From: an archaeon
GTDB lineage: Archaea; Iainarchaeota; Iainarchaeia; Iainarchaeales; 1-14-0-10-31-34
DNA: 32,000 nt
NCBI GenBank assembly: GCA_024277355.1
Contig: JAJRVL010000004.1
Coordinates: forward strand, 90,001-122,000
Direction of reading: 5' to 3'
The notes below the pieces were generated by a model, which saw only the letters and a list, made by a program, of their open reading frames with translations, had not been told where the DNA came from and made no database searches. Made by a program: the position numbers and the translations under genes. Every line of letters begins with the position of its first letter. The first letter of the stretch is position 1. Below, piece by piece: positions 9,314-18,412 of this stretch.

Positions 9314-9946
9314 CTATTTCAGTATTTTTCCTGTTTTAGTAAACCACAAAAATAAATCCAGTTCTCCTAAAGTTAAATTCAGTTTTTCTGCTATTTTCTT
9401 TAATTTTTTTTCTAATTCAAAATAAGTTTTTTCATTTAATTTTATTGATTCTTTTTCTTCTTTGATTAGTTTGTTTTCTTTTGCAACATTGAAAACATGT
9501 TTGTCTATTATTGCATAATTTAAGTTCCCTGTATTTCTTAAAAAATGGCTTGCTTCTTTTAATCCAAATCCTTTAATGTTTTTCACTAAAAAAATTCTTT
9601 TTTCTTTTTCAGGCAGACTTTTTAAGATTTCTTTTATGCCTGAAAACTTTCTTGCTGAACAGATAAAATTTGCCCGCCTGTTATAAAATCTGCTTCCTGC
9701 TTTTCTTAATTCTCTTGCAAGTTTTTTTTCCGGCAAACTCAAAAACTGTTTTGCTGAAATTTGTTTTTGCACTCTTATTCCCATTTCAGCTGAAGTGTTT
9801 GCTGTTAACAGACAAAAACATAACTCTGAAAACCATTCTTCATTTGAATGATTTTTAAAAGCTAAAAATTCTTTTTTTCTTTGTTTAACTGTTTGTTTTT
9901 GTTTTGTCTGCATTAAAGTTTTTATTTCCTGAATTAGTTTTTGCAT
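9314..9946 (-). CDS. ogg: Ogg2-type 8-oxoguanine DNA glycosylase / DNA lyase (HhH-GPD)
   Basis: HhH-like VKNIKGFGLKEASHFLRNTGNLNYAIIDKHVF with a Lys...Asp catalytic pattern and FCLLTANTSAEMG near the N-terminus. Confidence 0.8.
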   Translation of the reverse strand: MQKLIQEIKTLMQTKQKQTVKQRKKEFLAFKNHSNEEWFSELCFCLLTANTSAEMGIRVQKQISAKQFLSLPEKKLARELRKAGSRFYNRRANFICSARKFSGIKEILKSLPEKEKRIFLVKNIKGFGLKEASHFLRNTGNLNYAIIDKHVFNVAKENKLIKEEKESIKLNEKTYFELEKKLKKIAEKLNLTLGELDLFLWFTKTGKILK

Positions 9947-9999
9947 TAAATAATCATATAAAGCAAAAATTAAAATAGTTTCAAAGCCTTAATTTTTTC

Positions 10000-10725
10000 A
10001 TGAAAAACAACAAAGGAGCAATAGCAATAGGAATTAATCACACAGGAATGCAAAATGGATTAAATGTTGTTGAAGCACTTAAAGAAAATGGCTTTAAAAA
10101 AGGAGATAAAGTTGCATTTGAAATGAGCGAACAGAATATTCATGAAATTAAAGAAATAATAAAAAGCAAAGAGAAAACAAAATACATAATCTATGAATTA
10201 AATAATGAATTAAATCAAATGAAAGAAAAAATAAAGAAAGCTAAATTTAAAAAAAACAGTGTTGAATTAAAACAATATAAACTGCAAAAAAAAGAATTAG
10301 AATATGCTGTTAATGAATCATTGTTTTTAATTCCTGTTTTTGATTTTCTTTTTTCTAATAAAGCAGTAATTATTCCTTTAAGGGGAAAAACAAATTTTGC
10401 TGAAAGAGCCATTAAATTTGAACACAAAAGTTTTTCTTCAAGGAAAAATAAAAGGTTTTTTGATTTCTTTAAAATTCCTGTTCAGGAAAAATTATTTAAA
10501 AAAAACCTTAAAGGAAAAAACCCTAAATTTGTTTTAACTGGATGGGCTCATCTTTCTGCAGTTAAAAAAATGATTTACTGCAGGAAAACAATTGATTTAA
10601 GCAGAATGGATTTTCCAGTAACAACTGCTTTAAAAATAAATGAATGGTTTATCAGAAAAAGATATCAGATTCACACAGCAAAAAAGAAAAAAATAAGAAA
10701 ACAATTAACTAAAAGAAAACTTTAA
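10000..10725 (+). CDS. Uncharacterised protein, possible divergent TraB/Tiki-like superfamily member
   Basis: IAIGINHTGMQNGLNVVEAL...KVAFEMSEQN...FVLTGWAHLSAVKKM resembles the paired GxxH motifs of TraB-type proteins; no TM region. Confidence 0.45.
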   Translation: MKNNKGAIAIGINHTGMQNGLNVVEALKENGFKKGDKVAFEMSEQNIHEIKEIIKSKEKTKYIIYELNNELNQMKEKIKKAKFKKNSVELKQYKLQKKELEYAVNESLFLIPVFDFLFSNKAVIIPLRGKTNFAERAIKFEHKSFSSRKNKRFFDFFKIPVQEKLFKKNLKGKNPKFVLTGWAHLSAVKKMIYCRKTIDLSRMDFPVTTALKINEWFIRKRYQIHTAKKKKIRKQLTKRKL

Positions 10726-10769
10726 TAAAAAATAAAAAAAAACGAAAATTTGAAGATCAGACACTTAAA

Positions 10770-11363
10770 CTAAATAACCTTTTTTCTTCTGGAAAACAAT
10801 TTTTTTGGATTAAGTTTTTTGATTTTTCTTATTATTCTTTTTTTCTTCATTGATATAGATCTATGCAGAGCTATTGTTCTTGTAAGTTTTTTTATTGATT
10901 TGTTATAAGTATAACTAAACCCTGAATTTTTTTCTTGCAGCCCTCTGTTTTCAAGTTGTCTCATTCTTGGACCAGCAGGCATTGGATGAAATATTATGTT
11001 AATTTTTGAAAATCTTTTTTTCATTTCTTTTAAAACTTTTAATTCAAGCAATGATGCAATTCCTTTTCCTGTAAAGGCTTCTCTGTATTTTCCTACGCCT
11101 ATTTTTTTTGTTGGTTCAGGAAAATAAAAAGGATAATATGCTTCCCATAATGCACTTTTTTTAGTCCTGTTAATTTCTAAGCTCATTCTTCCAATTTGCA
11201 TCTTTTCTTTAAAAAGATTTTTGTTTTCTTTTATTGTTTTTCTTATTGCAGGATTAGAAATAAAGTTTTCTGATATAACTCCTTTTTCAACAAAAAATCC
11301 AGCTCTTATTTCTCTTTGAGTAGAAGAATAATTAATTCTTATTCCATCAACTTGTTTTTTCAT
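10770..11363 (-). CDS. Hypothetical protein, possible GNAT-like acetyltransferase
   Basis: FTGKGIASLLELKVLKEMKKRF...PRMRQLENRGL resembles the GNAT acetyl-CoA binding helix and C-terminal 'N..ar..Ye..GF' region; weak. Confidence 0.35.
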   Translation of the reverse strand: MKKQVDGIRINYSSTQREIRAGFFVEKGVISENFISNPAIRKTIKENKNLFKEKMQIGRMSLEINRTKKSALWEAYYPFYFPEPTKKIGVGKYREAFTGKGIASLLELKVLKEMKKRFSKINIIFHPMPAGPRMRQLENRGLQEKNSGFSYTYNKSIKKLTRTIALHRSISMKKKRIIRKIKKLNPKKLFSRRKKVI

Positions 11364-11405
11364 AATTAAATTAGTTTTTGTTTATTTAAAAGCTTTTCAG
11401 AGAAT

Positions 11406-11738
11406 TCAATGAATTTCTGAACCTGAAGGCAGTTCTTTATCTAAAGTAAGTAAAGCGATTTTTTCTCCTTGTTCTGCTGCCAAAAGCATTCCTTCAGATA
11501 AAATTCCAGCCATTTTTTTTGGCTCTAAATTTGCTACAATAATTATTGTTTTTCCTAGCATTTCTTCTTTTGAATAAAATTCTTTTAATCCTGCTAATAA
11601 AGTTCTTTTTTCGTTTCCAACTTCAATTGTCAGCTTATATAATTTGTCTTTTCCTTCTATATCATTTACTTCAATTATTTTTGCTGTCCTTAAATCTAAT
11701 TTCATGAAATCTGAATAAGAAATTGTTTCTTTTGCCAT
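11406..11738 (-). CDS. Stand-alone tRNA-binding (EMAP/CsaA/MetRS-beta-like) OB-fold protein
   Basis: SYSDFMKLDLRTAKIIEVNDIEGKDKLYKLTIEVG...LLAGLKEFYSKEEMLGKTIIIVANLEPKKMAGILSEGMLLAA is a canonical tRNA_bind domain. Confidence 0.9.
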   Translation of the reverse strand: MAKETISYSDFMKLDLRTAKIIEVNDIEGKDKLYKLTIEVGNEKRTLLAGLKEFYSKEEMLGKTIIIVANLEPKKMAGILSEGMLLAAEQGEKIALLTLDKELPSGSEIH

Positions 11739-11792
11739 AAAATCACAATTAAATTTGTTTAAGGAAATTAATTTATTGTTTTGGATTTAAAA

Positions 11793-11993
11793 TCAGCTTA
11801 CTTCATTTAATCTTATTACATTTATTTTTATTCGTGAATTAACATCTGAAATCATATCTGATGCTTTCAAGTAATTTACTGCTCTTTTAATTTCTTTAAC
11901 GCTTAAATTAGTTTTTTCTGCCAACAAAAATACATCTAATTGAGTGTTATTTTTGATTTCTTTGAAGACTTTTAAATAATTCACTAAATTCAT
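11793..11993 (-). CDS. Small HTH-like protein (66 aa)
   Basis: TQLDVFLLAEKTNLSVKEIKRAVNYLKASDMI has helix-turn-helix character. Confidence 0.45.
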   Translation of the reverse strand: MNLVNYLKVFKEIKNNTQLDVFLLAEKTNLSVKEIKRAVNYLKASDMISDVNSRIKINVIRLNEVS

Positions 11994-12060
11994 TTTTATC
12001 CCGAATTCTCTGTTAAAAGGCGATTAAATAAGGAATAAGTTATATATAAACCTAACGTAA

Positions 12061-12729
12061 TCAGTAATTTTTCGGCTTAAAAAACCCGTTTTTCGCAAAA
12101 AATGTTTTGATGTGAACCATCATTGAACTTCTTTTTCCATGCAAAGTTGATTTGCCTTTTTTTAGTAATTTTCTTGCATCTTCTAATGAATCAGTTTTAA
12201 CTTCAGTGAAAGCCATGCCGATTTCTTCAGGAAAATGAGCATCACTTCCTGCAGTCATTGGAATTCCATGAAATTCAGCAAAAGATTTAGCTTTTTCATT
12301 AAATGAATCAGCATAACACCTTGAATTAAATCCTTCAATGCAGTCAACTTTCTTGAATTCAGTTTTTAATAATTTGAAGTCATGTCTTAAAAAATCAAAT
12401 GGATGAGAAACAGAAATTAATGCGTCCTGTTCTCTTAATTCATCAATTACTTCTAAATAAAATTTAGGTTTAACAAATTCATTCATAAAAAGACCTAAAA
12501 TTTCTCCAATACAGTTTTTATTTTCATCAAAAACTTTTATTTCTTCTCCTTGGACTACTTTAACGCCTGCTTTTTTTCCTAATGAAACTAATTCTTTCCA
12601 TGAACGAATTGAATTATGATCTGTTATTGAAATATCAATTTTTTTTTTGCGGGCTAAATGAATTATTGTTTTAGGACGATTAATTGAATCAGAAGAACGA
12701 AATGAATGCAAATGTAAATCTAATTTCAT
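12061..12729 (-). CDS. PHP domain phosphoesterase
   Basis: DLHLHSFRSSDS...DISITDHNSIRSW...GEEIKVF...ISVSHPFDF...GSDAHFPEEIG metal-ligand motifs. Confidence 0.88.
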   Translation of the reverse strand: MKLDLHLHSFRSSDSINRPKTIIHLARKKKIDISITDHNSIRSWKELVSLGKKAGVKVVQGEEIKVFDENKNCIGEILGLFMNEFVKPKFYLEVIDELREQDALISVSHPFDFLRHDFKLLKTEFKKVDCIEGFNSRCYADSFNEKAKSFAEFHGIPMTAGSDAHFPEEIGMAFTEVKTDSLEDARKLLKKGKSTLHGKRSSMMVHIKTFFAKNGFFKPKNY

Positions 12730-12801
12730 TTAATCACTAAATTTAAATGCTTAATGCAGGTAAATAAGATAATCTTTAAACTATAAAAAGGTAATTAAAA
12801 A

Positions 12802-14019
12802 ATGAATGAAATAAGAGAAGATTTTCCTGTTTTAAATAGAAAAATAGACGGAAAAAAAATCATTTATTTTGATAATGCAGCTACTTCATTAAAACCAATT
12901 CAAGTCATTAAAGCAATAACAGAATACTATGAATTTGGAACAGCAAACATTCACAGAGGCTTGCATAAATTAAGCGAAGAAGCTTCAATTAAATTTGAAA
13001 AAGCACATAATAAAACAGCAGAATTTTTTAATGCAAAAAAAGAAGAATTTGTTTTAACTAAAAATACCACTGAAGCAATAAACACAGTAATGTATTCACT
13101 TTACACAAGTGATTTTTTTGAAAAAGGAGATAAAATTTTAGTTTCAAAAGCAGAACATCATGCAAATTTAGTTCCATGGCAAATGCTGGAACAAAAAGGT
13201 TTAATTGAATTAAATTTTGTTGAATTAAACGAAGATTTCACTTTAGATTTAGAAGACTTAGAAAATAAATTAGATTCAAAAACAAAATTGATTGCTTTAG
13301 CTCATGCAACAAATACTACTGCTTCAATTAACCCTATACAAAAAATAGGAAAAATAGCTGAAGATAATGAAAGTTTATTTTTAGTTGACGGAGCACAAAC
13401 TGCACCTCATATGGAAATTGATTTCCATAAATTAAATGCAGATTTTTTTGCTTTTGCAGGACATAAAATGTTAGGGCCTTCAGGAACAGGAGGATTATTA
13501 GCTAAAAAAGAATTACTGGAAAAATTTAATCCTTTTTTGTATGGCGGAAGCATGATTCATTCAGTTGAATTGCATAAAAGTTCATGGAATAAACTTCCCT
13601 GGAAATTTGAAGCTGGAACACCTAATATTTCCGGAATGATTGGATTAGGAAAAGCAGTTGAATATTTAAGTAAAATTGGAATGAATAAAATCAGAAAACA
13701 TGAAAAAGAATTAACTAAATATGCTTTAGATAAAATGCATGAAATTAACGGCATTAAATTTTATTGTCCTGAAAATGAAGAAAAACAAGTTGGAACAATT
13801 TTATTTGAAATTGAAGGAATTGAAGCACACGATTTAGCTATAACTTTAGATGAATTTGCTAATATTGCTGTAAGAAGCGGAATGCATTGTGCTGAACCAT
13901 TAGTAAGCACTTTAAATGACAAAGGATTAGACAGAGCTTCATTTTATTTATATAATTCAAAAGAAGAAATAGATGTTTTTATTGAAGCATTAAAAACTAT
14001 TTCTAAGAGTTTTAAGTAA
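12802..14019 (+). CDS. sufS: Group II cysteine desulfurase (SufS/CsdA family)
   Basis: YFDNAATSLKP, TTEAINTV, SKAEHHANLVPW, PLP-lysine region FAFAGHKMLGPSGTGGLL, FEAGTPNISG, catalytic RSGMHCAEP. Confidence 0.92.
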   Translation: MNEIREDFPVLNRKIDGKKIIYFDNAATSLKPIQVIKAITEYYEFGTANIHRGLHKLSEEASIKFEKAHNKTAEFFNAKKEEFVLTKNTTEAINTVMYSLYTSDFFEKGDKILVSKAEHHANLVPWQMLEQKGLIELNFVELNEDFTLDLEDLENKLDSKTKLIALAHATNTTASINPIQKIGKIAEDNESLFLVDGAQTAPHMEIDFHKLNADFFAFAGHKMLGPSGTGGLLAKKELLEKFNPFLYGGSMIHSVELHKSSWNKLPWKFEAGTPNISGMIGLGKAVEYLSKIGMNKIRKHEKELTKYALDKMHEINGIKFYCPENEEKQVGTILFEIEGIEAHDLAITLDEFANIAVRSGMHCAEPLVSTLNDKGLDRASFYLYNSKEEIDVFIEALKTISKSFK

Positions 14020-14052
14020 AAAATTAAATACTTCTATTGAGTTAAATGTTTT

Positions 14053-14973
14053 ATGCCAAAAATATTTCATAGAAATAAACTTAAACCACTTATTTTAGCT
14101 AATCCTGGAAGTTCATTAAAACAAATAAAAGAATTATTATTTCAGAAAACAAAACAAAAAGCAGATATTGCAACAGTCTACAGAGCAAAAAAAGAATTAA
14201 TTAAATCAGGCAAACTTGTAATTGGAAAACACACTGTTTTGAATTCAACAGAAGCAAGAATACTTAAAGCAATTTATTATAATCCTAAAATGCCTAATTC
14301 TAAAAAATATAATTCCAGAATTGCTATAATAGCAGACGCCGGCGAAAGAACAGTAAGGCAAATAAGAAAAAGATTAGCTGAAGGATTTTACGGTAAACAA
14401 GAATTTTTTATAAGCCCAAGACAAGAACTGCTTGAAGCTGTTGAAAAAGAAAACAAATCAAAAAAATACTATTCTAAAAGAAAAACTGCCCAGACTTCAA
14501 ATAAAACTCCAAGACAAGAATTAACTGAAACTATTAAAAAACAAAATGAACAACTAAAGAAACAAAAACAAAAAAAACTTGCTGCTGAAACAAGAAGCAC
14601 TAAAGTAAAAATGACTACTAAAAGCAAACAATATCAAAAAAGAATCGCAGCTACTATAATGGTAATTGAAAACCCTAAACTTAATTCTCTTCAAATATCA
14701 AGATTATTTACAGGAAAAAAATTTGGAAAAATATCAGCTAATAAAATTGAACAAATAAAAAACAGATTAAACAAAAGAAATAAAACAAAACTTCTAAAAA
14801 GAATGATAATAGACAGCACAATATTAGATAAGCCAAATATTAAACCAAGCACAGCAATAAAATTTCTTGAAAAACAGGGATTCCCAAAAATTCCAGAAAA
14901 AACAATTAGGTCAAGAAAAGTTATATTAATGAAAATGAATTTAATCCCAAAAGAAACTAAATACACTTTTTAA
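14053..14973 (+). CDS. Uncharacterised DNA-binding-like protein with two apparent HTH-like segments in a basic context (306 aa)
   Basis: KPLILANPGSSLKQIKELL...ADIATVYRAKKELIKSGKLV and KRIAATIMVIENPKLNSLQISRLF...; very Lys/Arg rich. Confidence 0.45.
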   Translation: MPKIFHRNKLKPLILANPGSSLKQIKELLFQKTKQKADIATVYRAKKELIKSGKLVIGKHTVLNSTEARILKAIYYNPKMPNSKKYNSRIAIIADAGERTVRQIRKRLAEGFYGKQEFFISPRQELLEAVEKENKSKKYYSKRKTAQTSNKTPRQELTETIKKQNEQLKKQKQKKLAAETRSTKVKMTTKSKQYQKRIAATIMVIENPKLNSLQISRLFTGKKFGKISANKIEQIKNRLNKRNKTKLLKRMIIDSTILDKPNIKPSTAIKFLEKQGFPKIPEKTIRSRKVILMKMNLIPKETKYTF

Positions 14974-15076
14974 AAAAATTAATACAACAGTTCAATTATT
15001 TCCTGAAAAACAAACAAATATATTTAATTCAAAAAAACGAAAAGAATTAATAAAGGAAAAGCACTTATTTTAGCTG

Positions 15077-17158
15077 ATGGCTTTTACAACAGATGAATTA
15101 ATTCAGATTGGATTAATTGTAGGAATAATAATTGTTTTTGGTTACACTATATTCAATTACTTAAAGAACAAAGGATTATTAGAAAAATTAACCCAAAAAA
15201 CAGAAAAAAGAACTGAAAGACCTGCAGCTAAATCATTATCTTTTGCAAAAAACAGAAAAATGAGAGGATTAGAAAAATTAATTCCAGACAAAAAATTAAG
15301 TAAAAAACCAATTTTAACTGAATTAAGAATTGAAAGCACTGAAGGATTGTGGGAACCAGAAAAAGAACCTTTAATAGAAAACAAATCTGAACAAAAAACA
15401 GAAATAAAACAAAAAGAAATTCCCTTTAAACCTGAAATAAAATCAAAAGAAGAAATTAAATTATCTGAATTAAAGCCTGAATCAAAATCTTCAGCAAAAG
15501 GAATATTATCTGACATTATATTAAAAATTAAAACAGAAAAACAGGAAATTTTAAAACCAAAAATTGAGCCAGCAAAACCAAAAGAAGAAACAAAAAAGTT
15601 TGAATTCAAAAAAGAAAAACCAAAAGATAAACTTGAAATTAAAAAACCAGAAATAAAACCAATTGAAAAAAAATTAAAAACGGAAACAAAAGAAAAAGGA
15701 TTTTTTGAAAAATTAGGGTTTAATTTAAAACTTAAAGCTAAACAAAAAACAATAGAAAAGAAAAAAGAAAACAAATTTGAAGAAAAATTAAAACAGTCAA
15801 TTCAGAAAAAACCTGAAATAAAAGAAAAATCAAAAACAGAAGGAAAAAAAACAGAATTAAAAGAAACAGAAAAAAAAGATTCAGTTAAGTCTTTAATTAA
15901 ACCTGCAGACGCTTTTGCTTTACCTGAAGAAAAAAATAAAACTAATGAATTAACTGTAGCAAGAAAATTAGAAGAAAAAATAAAAGGATATCAAGAAAAA
16001 GCCAGAAAAAGCCAGAAAAAACCAAAAACAAATGTTTTATTTGACAATCAAGAAGAAAAAGAAAAACATGAACAAAAATTCGTTCAAAAAATCCTTGAAT
16101 CAGAAGAAGAAGAGGAATTAGAAAAAATAAGCAAGGCAATAGACCCAAAAACAGACAAAAACTGGCAGAAAGAAAAAGAAGAAACAATTAAAGCGCTAAA
16201 AAAAGAATTCACTGATTTAGATAAAACAGAAAAAAAAGATTTATGGAAAAAACCTGAAGAAAAACAGGAAATTCATAAAAAAGAAGAAGAACAAAAAAAT
16301 AAATTAATTCCTAAAGCATTTCCTGAAAAACCAAAAACAATAATTCCTGAGATAAAAAAAGAAATTAAAACAATTAAACCAAAAAAAAGCTTTTTTGATT
16401 TTTTTAAAAGGAAAAAAACAGCAGGAAAAAAACATGAAATAAAACAAAAAGAAATTACAATTAAAAAATCTGAACCAGAAATAAAAAAAGAAATAATTAC
16501 TAAACCAACTGAAACAAAAAAAGAAAAAACAGAAATAAAAAACAAAAAACCAGTTGAATTAAATAAAAAAATTAAACCAGAAAAAAAAGAAAAAGAATTA
16601 ATTAAACCTGTTAAAGAAATTAAACCTGAAATAAAAAAAACAAGCACTTCAACAGAAGAATTAAATGCAGAAATGAGAAAACTAATTGAAGAACAACAAA
16701 AAGCCAAAGGAATAAAACCAAGAAAATTTAAATCAAGAAAAGAAACTGAAATTAAAGCTAAAGATATTGAAATCAAAAAAGAAGTTCCAATAAAAATTAA
16801 ACCAAAACAAGAAGAACATTCATTGAAACCTGAAATAAACGAAAAAATAAAACCACATTTCGAGAAAAAACAAGTTATCAAAACAGAAATAAAAAAACCT
16901 GAATTTAAACCTGAAATAAAAACAGAAAAAAAAGAAGAAACTAAACCAAAACAAAAAAAGAAAGGTTTGTTTGAAAGATTTGGATTAAAAAAAGAAAAAA
17001 TTAATTTAACTAAAGCAGAAGAAGATCAACTGCAAAAAATAATGATAGTTTTAAAAGGAAAAACGTCTGAATATTCAAGGGACGACATGAGAGATGCAAT
17101 GAAAAACTTAGGTTACACTGAAAAAATAATTGAAGAAGCAATAAAAAGGTTGTATTAA
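15077..17158 (+). CDS. N-terminally membrane-anchored protein with long K/E/P-rich linker and small C-terminal module (693 aa)
   Basis: TM IQIGLIVGIIIVFGYTIFNYL; ~600 aa of low-complexity KPEIK-type sequence; C-terminal DQLQKIMIVLKGKTSEYSRDDMRDAMKNLGYTEKIIEEAIKRLY. Confidence 0.75.
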   Translation: MAFTTDELIQIGLIVGIIIVFGYTIFNYLKNKGLLEKLTQKTEKRTERPAAKSLSFAKNRKMRGLEKLIPDKKLSKKPILTELRIESTEGLWEPEKEPLIENKSEQKTEIKQKEIPFKPEIKSKEEIKLSELKPESKSSAKGILSDIILKIKTEKQEILKPKIEPAKPKEETKKFEFKKEKPKDKLEIKKPEIKPIEKKLKTETKEKGFFEKLGFNLKLKAKQKTIEKKKENKFEEKLKQSIQKKPEIKEKSKTEGKKTELKETEKKDSVKSLIKPADAFALPEEKNKTNELTVARKLEEKIKGYQEKARKSQKKPKTNVLFDNQEEKEKHEQKFVQKILESEEEEELEKISKAIDPKTDKNWQKEKEETIKALKKEFTDLDKTEKKDLWKKPEEKQEIHKKEEEQKNKLIPKAFPEKPKTIIPEIKKEIKTIKPKKSFFDFFKRKKTAGKKHEIKQKEITIKKSEPEIKKEIITKPTETKKEKTEIKNKKPVELNKKIKPEKKEKELIKPVKEIKPEIKKTSTSTEELNAEMRKLIEEQQKAKGIKPRKFKSRKETEIKAKDIEIKKEVPIKIKPKQEEHSLKPEINEKIKPHFEKKQVIKTEIKKPEFKPEIKTEKKEETKPKQKKKGLFERFGLKKEKINLTKAEEDQLQKIMIVLKGKTSEYSRDDMRDAMKNLGYTEKIIEEAIKRLY

Positions 17159-18312
17159 TGAATAAAATGAAAATTACTGCTGGATTAATTTTATTTTTAA
17201 TTGTATTAAGCGGCTGCATTGAATTAGCCAAAAACGGCGAAGAAACAATTTTATTAAATTACTCAAAAACTGGTTCAGTTTATTTTGAACACACAATTAA
17301 AGGAGAAAAAGGAGAATTATATTTTAACTGGGAAGGAGACTGCACAAATAAAGCAAAAGAAATTATTGACGCAAACATAAGTAATTTCCAAAAACAATCA
17401 TTAGACATACAAGGGGCAGCAAATTTAACTGAACCAGAAAAAACTGAATTAATTGAAGAAAACAACAGAAAAATCAATACTTTGCTTTCAATTAAATCAA
17501 CAGTTAAATGCAAAGTAGAAGATGACAATTCAATGGGTTTATTGGTTTATTCATTTAATTTAGCTCAAGGATTTGAAAACATTAAATTATTCAATGACAA
17601 TTACAGTATTTCTTTAGTTAAAGATGAACATAAAATTCAATCAACAATAAAAGTAAATAATACTGCAAACCAAAAAAACGGAAATTTACTTAAAAAAATA
17701 ATGATTTTTTCTGAAGGAAAAATTGAAAGTATTGAACCAAAAGACAAAATGACATTAAATGAAGGAATCTATGAAATTGACATGCTTGGAATGGACGGAA
17801 AAGAAATAACTTTAACAATAAATACACAAGAAAAAAATCCAGTTGTAATTATACCAGATAAACCAGATGCAATTTCAGTTTTAATTCAGGGATTTATGCC
17901 AAATAAAATAATTAGTTTAGAAAAAGAAGATTCAATTCAATGGATTCCAACAATTTTATTAGCTTTAATTATTGTAATTATTGTTTCAAAAGCAGTCAAA
18001 AACGTAAAACTTCCTGAAAAAACAAAACCAGTCCCAAAAAAAGAAGAATTAGAAGAAAAAATTCTTTCAAAAACCAAAAAAATTGTTACACCAAAAAAAG
18101 ATTTCAGTTATATGAAAGAAATAAAAAAATCTGAACCAAAAACACTTAAACCAAAATTCAACGAAGAAGAAAAAAAACAAATTAAAACAATAATACTGTC
18201 ATTAAAAGAATCATTCCATAACTATTCAAAAGAAGAAATAAAAAAAGCAGTAATAGGAAAAGGTTATTCATCAAAAATAAGTCAAGAAGTAGCTGATTTT
18301 TTCTACCCTTAA
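17158..18312 (+). CDS. Putative lipoprotein with C-terminal TM and cytoplasmic module shared with upstream gene (384 aa)
   Basis: Lipobox-like LIVLSGC; TM WIPTILLALIIVIIVS; C-terminus EEKKQIKTIILSLKESFHNYSKEEIKKAVIGKGYSSKISQEVADFF. ATG overlaps the upstream TAA by 1 nt (TAATG). Confidence 0.75.
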   Translation: MNKMKITAGLILFLIVLSGCIELAKNGEETILLNYSKTGSVYFEHTIKGEKGELYFNWEGDCTNKAKEIIDANISNFQKQSLDIQGAANLTEPEKTELIEENNRKINTLLSIKSTVKCKVEDDNSMGLLVYSFNLAQGFENIKLFNDNYSISLVKDEHKIQSTIKVNNTANQKNGNLLKKIMIFSEGKIESIEPKDKMTLNEGIYEIDMLGMDGKEITLTINTQEKNPVVIIPDKPDAISVLIQGFMPNKIISLEKEDSIQWIPTILLALIIVIIVSKAVKNVKLPEKTKPVPKKEELEEKILSKTKKIVTPKKDFSYMKEIKKSEPKTLKPKFNEEEKKQIKTIILSLKESFHNYSKEEIKKAVIGKGYSSKISQEVADFFYP

Positions 18313-18381
18313 ACTGTTTCGGCAGTTTAGTACGATATGCTATCTTACGATAGCAGTGCAATAAACTTTTTTAAAAGTTTA
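18311..18381. terminator. Series of three short hairpins after the lipoprotein gene (possible terminator region or small structured RNA)
   Basis: AAACTG-TTTCGG-CAGTTT (18311-18328); TGCTATC-TTAC-GATAGCA (18338-18355); TAAACTTTT-TT-AAAAGTTTA (18362-18381). Confidence 0.4.
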
Positions 18382-18412
18382 ATCAAAAATAAAAATATAA
18401 AAAGAATTAGTT

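Noticed and set aside
15157-17231. Several minus-strand ORFs (205, 81, 202, 73 aa) rich in Phe/Leu/Ser
   Set aside because: These are the complement of the K/E/P-rich linker gene; Phe/Leu/Ser richness is what AAA/GAA codons give when read in reverse. The sense frame has a clear TM and a terminal module.
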